DNA of 64,000 bases. It comes from Mobula hypostoma (Eukaryota). The notes below the pieces were generated by a model. It ran no database searches. It saw only the letters and a list, made by a program, of their open reading frames with translations, and was not told the origin of the DNA. Shown piece after piece: positions 39,819 to 51,038 of this stretch. The stretch lies in assembly GCF_963921235.1 (NCBI RefSeq), contig NC_086119.1, positions 22,072,001-22,136,000 on the forward strand, in the 5' to 3' direction. The number at the start of each line of letters is the position of its first letter. The stretch's first letter is position 1. The position numbers and the translations under genes were made by a program.

Positions 39819-39824
39819 TTTATT
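39819..39824 (-). terminator. cryba1 polyadenylation signal AATAAA
   Basis: TTTATT on + strand about 150 nt downstream of the stop codon. Confidence 0.6.
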
Positions 39825-39973
39825 TGAATATTTTAATAATCCAAGTTATATTGTAATGAGATGTTAAATCAATCTCTGTACACAGGTGCTTGATCTACAG
39901 TAGAATACACTACCGAGTGTACCATAGAGGTACAGCCCCTCTGTGATACTCTGCTGAGGTTCTCGGAAAAGAT

Positions 39974-40121
39974 TTACTCTTGAATGCGGCGGAGTGACTG
40001 GATCTGACAGGTCTGCGCGTGGGATCCCCATTCCCTCCAGTGTTTGTACTCTCCGGCATGGCGATCACATTCCATAATGTACTGGAAGCCACGGTATCCT
40101 GGGTACTGGTAGCACACCCAT
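39974..40121 (-). CDS. cryba1: cryba1 exon 6 (Greek key 4, stop)
   Basis: tag|[11 protein letters not shown]...RRIQE TAA. Confidence 0.95.
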
Positions 40122-43100
40122 CTAGGGTCATGAACAAACACACTTAATTAATCTTGAGACTTTTATCTTTTTATTTGTTAAATGAATAATCTAAAAGTGC
40201 TCATTTTTGTATTTTAGGGAAGTAGCTAACACCAATAGATATTATTCTCATTTTGCTGTTCCTACTAATAAAGTACACCATGCCCTCAACATGTAAATGA
40301 AATAATATAGACATGCACTCAGGGGCCCATTCATTAAGTACTTCCTATACCTTGTCTTCTGCTGCTGTAGCCCATCCACTTCAAGGTTTAATGTATTGTG
40401 TGTTCAATCATGCTTTTCTGCACACCACTGTTGTAATGCGTGGTAATTTGAGTTACTGTTGCCTTCTGCTCTGACCTCTCTCATTAACAAGGTGTTTTCA
40501 CCCACAGAACAGCCACTCACTGGATGCTTTTTCCTCTTCACATCACTCTCTAGAGACAGTTGTGTGTGGAAATCCCAGGAGATCTGCAGTTTCTGAGATA
40601 CTCAACTGCATTTGGCACCACCCAACACTCCACGGTCAAAGTCACAGAGATTTCATATCTCCCCTATTCTGTACTTTGGTCCAAACAACAGCTGAACCTC
40701 TTGACCATGCTTCTATGCACTGAGGTGCTGCCAAATGTTTGGCTGATTAGATATTTGTATTAACAGAGAGGTAAAAAGGTGACCACTAAGTGTAATTAGA
40801 TTAGATTAATTGCGAGTAGGACTGAAGTTCAGGACTTCAGAGGCAATAAGAGATTATGAGGATAACCTGCCTTGGGTTAATTTTTGAAGCAGCTTGAACT
40901 ATTCAAGTAGGATTATTACTTATGATTTAGACCTAAGATAATCTGCTAACTTAGAAGAAGAAACTACAAATTTAATATGACTGATGTGCTTCTAAATACA
41001 CAAAACTTCACTGGATCCAGCCATGTCTTCTTCATTAAAGTGCAGTAACCCAACCTTTCCATTTAATTTACATTGACAGCATAACTTACGCGCCAGCTTG
41101 AACTTTCATGGATCCAACCTCATTGTTGCCCCAGCCCATGGCTTGCAAAGAGGGGTAATCATCGCACATCTCCCACTGTTTGCCAATGAAGTTTTCCTTC
41201 TCAAAAATGATAATTTTGGACTCTTTGTGGTGCTGATAATAATAAGAAAGGTATAAATTGAGCAGTTTAGTAGATACTACAATACATTTGCAAGTGAACA
41301 AAACTGTACGACTAGAGGACATAGGAACAGGATTAGGCTATTTGGCTTATTGAGTCTACTCTGCCATTCCATGATGGCTAATTTATTATTCCTCTCAACT
41401 CCATTCTCCTGCCTTCTCCCCCTAACCTTTGACACCCTGACTGATCTACTTTCAAGTAGTAACCAGAATATAACTCACCATTTGTTATTTGCAAATGTTA
41501 CGACTCCTCTAACTTTCTTGCATATAAAATAAACTTCTCCAGGCCTTTCTCAAAACACACCACTTTGCACTAAGTTTTAATCTTGTTTCCTCTGTCTTTT
41601 AAAATTAATATTTTTTATGAAACAACGCAAGTACTGTCTGACAGTACACAAAGTTCAGCATAACTGGCAGATGTGAGCTATATTTGAAGATAGTTAATAT
41701 TTTAACTATATTGCAGGTTTGGATATTAACAGTAAACAGAAGAGATTCTGCAGATACTGGAAATCCAGAGTAACACAGACAAAATGCTGGAGGAACTCCG
41801 CAGGTCAGGCAGCTTCTATGGAGATGAATAAAGAGCCAACGTTTTGGGCCGAAATGTCAAACCTTTATTCGTCTCAGTAGATGCTGCCTGACCTGCTGAG
41901 TTCCTCCAGCAGTTTGTGGATAGTATTTTACCACTATTTCCTGATCTCTCTCCATGCCTCTTTTTGCTAAGACAGATTCTAAAAGCCAGTGGAAAACAGA
42001 AATGATTACTAAAATTGAATCATGTAAATTTACAGCTTAATATGTAAACTTATTTTCGAGTATATGTTGCACTGCCAATTACATGGAGAATATCCTTCTC
42101 CAGCATTAAGTCTGACAGATATCGACCAGTGAACCAACTCACAGCAGAGCAAATGGGGCGGAAGGATGTAAGCCTCTCGATGTGGTAGGCGTTGCTGCCA
42201 CTCCAGGCATCCCAGCGTGGGTATTCCCCTTTCTCCAGGACAAATTGTTGCCCAAAGAAACTAGAATGTTCATAACCAACCCACCTACAAGAAGAAAGTT
42301 ATTTTCATGTCAAATTCTCAAAAAATAAATATACTTAATTCTCACACTATTTGCAAATTGAGAAATTCAGGTAGCTTTTAACCTATTAACCATTAACCCT
42401 GATTTTCTGATTCATCCAGAACAGTGAATATTGCAAAATATGCACTAAATATTGGCCCTGGCTGAGAAAGGTTTAAAGAAATTGTTCCCACAAAATGAAT
42501 CTTAATGATACAATGTACTTTTTGAATTAGTCCTTTCAACGGTACTTAAATAAGGTTGCATCCTTTACACTGTATCAAACTAATTTAGATGATGAACAAG
42601 ATCTGAAATTACAGGTTAATTGGTTTCAGTAACTTGAAGAGCTGGGGTGGCCTGAGTCTTTTAGTAGGTCTTCCTGTCTTCTGTAATGCGTGTCAAGCTG
42701 CTATGGTCTGGAATCAATATCTATTGAGCCCCACAATGTAAACCACTAAGCTCTGTCAACTGGTATGACAATGAATTTTCCTGCACAACTACAACATTGC
42801 TGACGTTCCATTAACAGAGAATTTATTATCAGAGGATCTTCTAATTGTACCTCAATAGAAATGAGGAGAGAGATAGAGGTGGGTTGTGATATCTCTCAAC
42901 ATTGAAGCTATAGTATCAACTGCAGCGAGAAACAGATAATTCTTGTCTTTTGATTGCAATTTTTTTTGGAAAGAGAAGTTCTCTATTTTGAAGCCCAGTC
43001 TGTATTTTCACATTTTAAGTATATGTATCTGCTTCTGCAAGTACATCAAAATGTCAAATGAATAACCATATATAAAATGCTGGCTCCTAAATGTGTTGAG

Positions 43101-44027
43101 TTCGATATGCACCAATAATGATACAATGCACAGAAATGTACTGCTGCATTTTCTTAGGCTCCAGTTGCTAATATTGCTGTATGCTGCTTTTTTGACTTTT
43201 GTGCGGATACTGATACTGACAAGCACAGACGTGTGTGTAATGCAGACTAAATGTAGATGCCACGGGGGAAAGCATTGTTTTTTTTTGGGGGGGTGGAATT
43301 TCTATTGCCCACATGCAAAACTGAACTATATAACTTGGAGCTGCACTGTTGCCCAACCATTACAAATTCACCTCCAAACTTCCAAATGCATGGGCTTTTG
43401 ACTGCTACCTTTACTTTGTCACTGCACATGGGAAGTGTCTTTAAATAAAACAGAGTACTGTACTGGATTCTAACAGACATATTAACATATTTCAGATCAT
43501 GAGCTGAAATGATGCGGATCAATTGCCTTCCATATTTTCAATGCTAACATAATCTGGCTGAGTCAGAAAGAACTCAACATTAGCTTAATCTTATGGTGTG
43601 TAAGGAGAAATAAGATACCTTTCTGTGAACTGAGTAATTTGGCCTGCAAATGATGATGACATTTAAAAAAAAATTACGACTGCATTTTAATGATAAAGCC
43701 TGGTTGAGAATACGTTTCAGTGTAGCTGTTAGGGGTGGAACCTTTCTGAAAAATAAGCAAAGACTCACGCTCCACAGTTGACTTTGATAGACCGAATATT
43801 GTCGAATCCACACTCCATGATGTTCTTACAGGATGTGGTAAATTCCATCCTTTTACCTTGGAAGTTTTCTTGATCATAAGCAGTAATCTGCAATTGAAAA
43901 CAAATTTTCCATGATATTCAATATTAAAGGACAACAAGGAAACAAAAAACAAAGTTTCAATCCTGATTAAAAATCTAGGAAAGTAAGTGTTAACCTTGAA
44001 AAGTCCTGCTGGGTTTGTCTGCGCCAT
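39974..44027 (-). CDS. cryba1: beta-crystallin A1 (acidic beta-crystallin), complete, 5 coding exons, 194 aa
   Basis: Coding exons 44027-43995, 43887-43769, 42284-42143, 41232-41090 and 40121-39974 all have GT-AG introns with compatible phases (0,2,0,2). Splicing gives [194 protein letters not shown]. One Greek key per exon; motifs match vertebrate betaA3/A1. Confidence 0.95.
40316..40792. mobile_element. Degenerate Tc1-like MITE in the last cryba1 intron
   Basis: Decayed TIRs cactcagggg... / ...ccactaagtgta; a related end occurs at ~11370. Confidence 0.55.
41090..41232 (-). CDS. cryba1: cryba1 exon 5 (Greek key 3)
   Basis: cag|[15 protein letters not shown]...VQAG|gtaagt, 143 nt. Confidence 0.95.
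42143..42284 (-). CDS. cryba1: cryba1 exon 4 (Greek key 2)
   Basis: tag|WVGYEHSSF...SFRPICSA|gtgagt, 142 nt. Confidence 0.95.
43769..43887 (-). CDS. cryba1: cryba1 exon 3 (Greek key 1)
   Basis: cag|[16 protein letters not shown]...VNCG|gtgagt, 119 nt. Confidence 0.95.
43995..44027 (-). CDS. cryba1: cryba1 exon 2 coding part (N-terminal arm [11 protein letters not shown])
   Basis: Acceptor ttttag at 44052, ATG at 44027, donor gttaac at 43994. Confidence 0.9.
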
Positions 44028-44284
44028 GTTTGCCGTTTGCAGATATCAATCCTAAAAGAAAATCGCATTATGTAATTTCATTTCAAAATTGAGATTTTTA
44101 TGAAATATATCAAATTTTAATGCATTGAAAGTTTATCTGCCCTCTGCATTTTGCTTTAACCCAACAAATTTGTTGCTGTAGAGTTGCTTATAAAGCATGA
44201 ATAAAACCCCCAACAAGCTGAGGTAAATTGGATAAATCTGAAGTTAAAATAAGATCAAATAAAATTGAAGGACACACAACTTAC

Positions 44285-44440
44285 CAAAGCTGGGCTGCGA
44301 ATGGAGATTTCCAATGATGATTCTGTTTTGAACCTTACCTCTGCTATTTATAATCAAACTTTCAATAGAAATTGAGAAGTGTGCGAATCTGATTTGTGGT
44401 CCAATGAGCAGAGAATACTGACGTCAACATCTCATTGTTT
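44285..44440 (-). promoter_or_regulatory. cryba1 core promoter and non-coding exon 1
   Basis: TATAAATA at 44345-44352 (- strand); Inr-like TCATT about 30 nt downstream; ATG-free exon ending in G|gtaagt at 44285; C-MARE-like TGTTGACGTCAGTA at 44416-44429; Sox-like CATTGTT at 44433-44439. Confidence 0.65.
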
Positions 44441-47157
44441 GTGGCTGATCCCGTGGATTCCCATTTCAACTCTGCCATTGTCTGAGCAGAAAGATAAATC
44501 TGCATTTCCAGTGCATGCATGAATAACCTATAGCTAAAAACTGAGACTAAATTGTATTTAATATGATTTATTAAATCCAAATTCTATATGCATGCTTTTA
44601 AGCTGAGAGGGAGTAATTTTAAAGGAGATGTGAAGGGCACGTTTCTTACACAGATTGGTGGGTGCCTGGAATGAGCTACCTGGGGTGGTGGTGGAGGCGG
44701 AAACATCAGAAACTTTTAAGAGATGTTTAGATACGCACAGGAATATGAGGAAAATGGAAGGATATGGACATTATGTAGGCACAAGAGATTACTTTAGTTA
44801 GCCATTTGATTACTTATTTAATTGGTTCGGCACAACGTTGTGGGACGAAGGACCTATTCCTGTGCTGTACTGTTCTATGTTCTAAGAATTATTTGAAAAT
44901 TACAAAACTCAAATTGCAACAAAATGTAACACTTTTTGAAATATGCCCCTCTGCTACCTTGATTCATCCGAATAGCTGAGATACCATTGCTGGTAAAATA
45001 GCAGTGTCAGTAAAATGTTACTAGATTTCAACTGTCTTAACATTTGGAAAATATAACATAAAATTAGGACTTCGGATTTTTTGTATAGTTGGGATGGTCA
45101 GCTGCACAGTTCTACTTTGAGAACATTGAAGAGTAATCCGTATGTCCTTTAATTAAATTTATGAAGCTCATAGATATTTCAAGATATTTCACAGAAATAA
45201 CAAATGAAATTTTCATACCACATTAGAGTTATGACGAAGTTATAGAGGCAGCATGAAGAACTCCTCAGCCTTTGAGCTATCAAACAATTGAATACACGCT
45301 ACAAATTTTAACATTTATTATCAAGTTCAAGTTCAGTTTATTGTCATTCAACCATACACATGTATACCACCAAATTAAACAACATGCCTCCAGACCAAGG
45401 TGGACAACACAGTACATATAACTCAAACACACAACTCATAAAGTAATATTACCACAAAATTAATAGATAATAAGGTGCACTTATGACTCAAGTTTAAAAC
45501 TAAACAGCATAATGCTACAGGTGTTTCATACTTGCTGAGACCTGGGTGGTGGCAGGGAGTTCAGCAGTCTTATTCCCTTCCTAACAGTTCTTGTCTTAAT
45601 GCTACAGTACCTCCTGCCTGATGGTAGTGGATCAAAGATATTGCTGGACGAATGGGAGGGCCGTGGATGATGCTAAGGGCCCTGGACTGTGGTGCCCCTG
45701 GTAAGTATCGCTGATGAATGGAAGAGAGATGAAATAAAACTGTGCCTCAAATGTTAGTCATATTATTAATGATCAGAAGGCTATAAATATTCAGTACAAT
45801 TATAGTGAAAATCAAATAATAATTGTCTGTGATGACACAAGCACAATGAATAGATATCATAGATACTATCCACCATAATCATTGTGAGAACAACACTGAA
45901 GCACATAAATAACCATGACATCTCCAGCGGTTAGACGGACCATTTTGTTGGTCTCTATCAAAAGGTGTTGCTGACTTGATAAACATTTACATCTTTCCTG
46001 GTTTTATTTTAGATTCATACCCACCTTGATAGATTGATTTTGGAAAGATGTCAATGACTTAAAGTAACCCAAAAAAGAAACTGTGCTCATTCTGGTGTCA
46101 GGACTCTGGCAATTTGTTGTATTAAGCAACTTTTCTCAGACTAAAAAGAATCTATAATGGTAATGTACAATTTCTTAAATACTGTTCTTTATCTCTTTCT
46201 GGTAACCACATATTTCTTTCTCCCTGTTTCAGTTTAAGAATGTTACTTGCCATTGGATTAATTATTTTGATTTAAATTTCTCAGTTCACGCTCTCTGTGC
46301 CTCTATAAACCTTTTGAATTTGATTGATAAAGGAAATGCAAATTCCCAGATCCCAGGCCTCTTGCAGATGGCGTCACACAATTTTGCCTTTCAGTCTTGG
46401 TAAAAGCTAACAATGTGAGTGTGAATGTTATCAATCCCTTTCACCTCTGAATACAATATTCAAGCCAAAATGAAAGTGAGAGTCGTTCAAGAAATCAGAT
46501 CAGCAGAAACAGGCTGGTTTTAAATCAGGAAATTAAGGAAATAATACATATTTCTGGTATAAACTACAATATTGTCTTTCTGTAATTATATGTGTATCAA
46601 CAGTGCTAATTATGCCACACAATCCCTTTCTAGTTATTCAAATGTGCAGTCTTAAATTTTACTGCATTATCTTGTACCAGATACAGAGGATAAGCATTTT
46701 AGGAAATAATTTTGCCCTTGTTTCAATGATTTTCATTGAAGACTGATTTAGAGAAATGCTCCTCTGCCATTTCACTGAGTATTTCTGCTCTGGGTTCCCA
46801 TTTTGGTGGCTACGAAGTATATGATACTCACTAATTAAACTTCGCGTGAGCGTTGTTTTTCACAGCTATCCTTAGACTCTAATTTTAAAATACAGACTTC
46901 TGCTATGCCAATAGAATATCATAAATGGGCAGAGCACACATGGAGTGGAGTATGCTGGAGAAAATTCTGCAGTTTGTTGATCACTTCTGCTGAAAATTTT
47001 GCCTTTGAGTCTGAATGTTGGCCTGGATTTGGTCTGATTAAGTAGTCTGCTGACACACTGAAGAATAGGTAATTTAAATGAAATACCAAGTATTACTTGT
47101 TAATTCTTACCTCCACAATTCCAAGGTCACTTTGCAAGCAGGGTAAAATTGGACAGA

Positions 47158-47655
47158 CAAACAACAGGAATTCTGCAGATGCTGGAAATTCAAGCAACAC
47201 ACATCAAAGTTGCTGGTGAATGCAGCAGGCCAGGCAGCATCTCTAGGAAGAGGTACAGTCGACATTTCAGGCCAAGACCTTTCGTCAGGACTAACTGAAG
47301 GAAGAGCTAGTAAGAGATTTGAAAGTGGGAGGGGGAGGGGGAGATCCAAAATGATAGGAGAAGACAGGAGGGGGAGGGATGGAGCCAAGAGCTGGACAGG
47401 TGATAGGCAAAGGGGATATGAGAGGATCATGGGACAGGAGGCCCGGGAAGAAAGACAAGGGGGGGGGAACCCAGAGGATGGGCAAGGGGTATAGTCAGAG
47501 GGACAGAGGGAAAAAAAGGAGAGTGAGAGAAAGAATGTGTGTATAAAAATAAATAACGGATGGGGTACGAGGGGGAGGTGGGGCATTAGCGGAAGTTAGA
47601 GAAGTCAATGTTCATGCCATCAGGTCCTCCAACCAATATCTTTGATGTGTGTTGC
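47158..47655 (-). mobile_element. Penelope-like 3' fragment (GIY-YIG C-terminus and pLTR with hammerhead at 47257-47292)
   Basis: - strand PDGMNIDFSNFR* followed by the pLTR; TSD attggacaga (47148-47157 and 47660-47669). Confidence 0.85.
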
Positions 47656-47707
47656 TAATATTGGACAGAGGTAATTAATGAGGAAAAAGAAACAAGCTTC
47701 AAAGATA

Positions 47708-47845
47708 AACAACAGGAATTCTGCAGATGCTGGAAATTCAAGCAAAACACATCAAAGTTGCTGGTGAACGCAGCAGGCCAAGCAGCATCTGTAGGAAGAG
47801 GTGCAGTCGACCTTTCAGGCCGAGACCCTTCGTCAGGACTATTCA
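47708..47845 (-). mobile_element. Minimal Penelope-like pLTR fragment (hammerhead 47805-47840 plus tail)
   Basis: 14-bp TSD aagcttcaaagata (47694-47707 and 47846-47859). Confidence 0.85.
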
Positions 47846-49845
47846 AAGCTTCAAAGATATTTAATTCAATATTCATCCTGTGGGTACCAAATTATGAGAG
47901 TTTTACTGTAATTCCATTTAGAGAATATTTTCTGAGGTCCCTCTTGATATGGAATTCAGTTGAGTGGCAAAGGGGAAAGTATGAATGTAAGTCCTACCAG
48001 GTGTCAGATGGAATGTATAGTTGAAGTTACATTAGGACACTACAATCAGCATCTGACTTGTTCTCAATAACTTACGAACAAACTGAGTGCAAATATGAAA
48101 AATTTAATTTGAGGCGGTAATTTACAAGGATGGGACATTAAGGCTGGTTTTCAATTTAAGAAGGCAATGTTGCAAAAGAGGATAACTGCACAAAAACAGG
48201 GAACTGTATAGCTTGGAGGTTATTTTTTTGAAAACTGTATGATCAGAAACTTAATAGAATCGAGGGAGATGTGTTTCATGATAACATCAGAGAAAGCATG
48301 GAGAGAGATGGATATGTGGGCTCAGGTAAGGGAGATAGAAGTTTGTGGGAAGTATGAATAGTCCCAATCTGAATGATAAGGCATTCTAAGAACTCATCAG
48401 CCTTATCCTTTGAGATGAGGGAGAGAGGAAATGTAGATGTTTTGAGGTGACAGTGAATGATGGAGTAAGGAAACAGGGGTTATATCAGTTTTAGTATTGT
48501 AATATGTAGTTTTGATAGAGGAGAACAAAACCAATAGTGCTTGATGTGGCAGTCATACCTGGTTAAACAGGTTCAGTTGGTTGTGCATAACAGCTTAAGA
48601 CAGACATATATCTGATAGGATCAAAATCAGAATCAGAATCAGGTTTATTATCACTGACATATGTTGCGAAATTTGTTGTTTTGCAACAGCAGTACAGTGC
48701 AAGGCATAAAAATGGCTAAAAGTTCCAAAAATAGATACCTAAATAGTGCAAAAGAGAAATGATGAAGTTGTGTTTATGAATAGTTCTTTTGCAGCATAAT
48801 GGTTCTGCAAATGTATGGCTCTGTGACTGTAGTCTTCGAACATAAGGAGGCAAAACCAAGGCTATCACTGGGTTAGTAAAGAACAAATGGACAAGGACAT
48901 ATAGAAATAGAGGCAAGGAAGTGGTTGACGTTACAAAGTGAAAGTGAATTTACAAATGTTAGGAATTGGAAAAGTGCTGTTGCAAATGACTTAGAAGAGA
49001 TTTTCCTCACGGCAGGTATAGAAGGAAATGGATTGAAGTGAGATGAAGGAATGTGGTTGTGAGGAACTGAAGTGTATATAAGTGGACCCACTGTGATTTG
49101 CATTGATGGGAGTGGAGAAGCTGAACATAATTGACAAGGTTTAGAAAGGTGGATAGGAATATAGTAAGGAGATCTTTTATGGATGCAAACTTTATGAAAG
49201 GCTTAAGAGAGATAAAGGCAAGATTAGCTATAAATTGAAATCGCAAAGGATAAATCATTGGTTATTTCAGAGAGTGAAGAATGAAACTGACTGGGACTTG
49301 GCAGTTGAGAGGGTAGAATGTAAGGATTTTAAAGGAGAGGTGATTGTCTTGAAATAGGATGAGGAGATCAAAGGAACAGAATTTGGAGGGTAATCCTGCA
49401 AAAATGGAGAAGTATGCTGGAAAGAAGCTGACACTTTGGAAATTGTAACTTGCACCCCAGTAATGAGTTATCCATTGGCAGGACAGAAGCACAGTTCTGG
49501 GTGCCAAAGGGCCTATGTCCATGGACCAAGCAAAACATAGGTGGGTGGTCAGACAGTAACGTTCACTGTAATGCAGAGGAAATGCACACAATCATTGCAT
49601 CAAAATGATGGGTGGAGAGGGAGTGTGGAGGAGTAGCGGCAATGTCGTCTAATGTTGTAGTATTATGGTTAATGATATTTAATCTGTTTCTTTTTCTACT
49701 TTAGTGGATTGAAGACAATTAAAATGGCTGAAGATAGTAAGGGGTCTCAAATTAGCGCCTAACCCGATACCTTGGAATGCTTAATCCAGTTCTGATCAGT
49801 TGTGCGCGGTTGATATTACTATGAATAGATTGAATATACTATATA

Positions 49846-50330
49846 CAAGGGGTGATTGATAAATTCATGGCCTAAGGTAAAAGGAGTCAATTTTAGAAAA
49901 CCTAGCACATTTATTTTTCCTACATGTACACACTTAGTCCAGCGGTCGTGGAACATACAGATCCCTTCTTTGTAGAAGTCGGCGTCTTGGACCTCCAGAA
50001 AGTGGTCCACAGCAGGGGTGATTGATAAGTTTGTGGCCTAAGGTAGAAGGAGATGAGTTATACAGCTCTCATCACATGCACGTGCAGTTCAACTCTTTGA
50101 GTGAAAATGCAGAAAGTTTGAAGTTTCTCCTCATCTCCTTCTACTTTAGGCCACGAACTTATCAATCACCCCTGCTGTGGACCACTTTCTGGAGGTCCAA
50201 GATGCCGACTTCTACAAAGAAGGGATCTGTATGTTCCACGACCGCTGGACTAAGTGTGTACATGTAGGAAAAATAAATGTGCTAGGTTTTCTAAAATTGA
50301 CTCCTTCTACCTTAGGCCAATCGCCCCTGG
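49846..50330. mobile_element. Palindromic mariner-derived MITE with four ITR copies
   Basis: About 200-bp inverted arms (49846-50057 and 50130-50330) around a 72-bp spacer; TA-rich flanks; arms encode a transposase C-terminus-like DHFLEVQDADFYKEGICMFHDRWTKCV. Confidence 0.85.
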
Positions 50331-50579
50331 AATATATCTATATATATTGATGGTACTATGAATTGTGAATATGAGTGCAAATTAAAAGAAAAGAGCTGAA
50401 GCCTGTAAGGTGAAATTTGTTGGCTAGATCAACACATCCTCTCCAGGCTATCTATGTGTTCCTACCAAACGGAAAAGTTTCTATGATACTTGCAGTATAA
50501 ACCAAACAAATCTACACAAAGCTGTCTACCAAGTCAGCTCTTTGTTCTCGGGCGCACTTCTGTCTACAGTACCACAGTC

Positions 50580-50816
50580 ACTTTTGCTGATCTGTGCGGC
50601 GTCGCTGTGAAAAACAAAGCAAAGAGCTGGTGTCAGCCTCTGCTACCTCTGTGCGATGCAGTTTGCTTTGTTGATCTCTTTGTGACCTAACCTGATTCAA
50701 AAGGGGGAGAAAAAAACAAGAAGCAAATCCACTGCCAATATAAAAAGGACGAGTTGAGGTTTATACAGCACTCCCCATATTTTCTCTTGTCTGGCAAAAG
50801 CTTGAGCTGTAATTCG
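50580..50816 (+). promoter_or_regulatory. betaB1-like core promoter and non-coding exon 1
   Basis: TATAAAAA at 50739-50746; donor G|gtgagc at 50816/50817; half-MARE ttttGCTGA near 50582-50590. Confidence 0.6.
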
Positions 50817-50972
50817 GTGAGCTATTGGAATATTTTCAAAGGGGGTAAAATTATCTGATGTGAAAGCTTCATACAAGGAGGAGCATCATTAATGACATAG
50901 GCATTAAATATATTTGACATTCAAACTAATTACAAGTGCTTTATTTTGATTATTATTTTAGCTATCACCACA

Positions 50973-51038
50973 ATGTCTCATAGTGGAACTCTAGGTAGCG
51001 TTGGAAGCCATTCTGCATCTGGTCTTCGCAGTAACAGG
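50973..51038 (+). CDS. betaB1-like exon 2 coding part (N-terminal arm)
   Basis: ttttag|ctatcaccacaATG...AACAGG|gtaggt. Confidence 0.85.
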
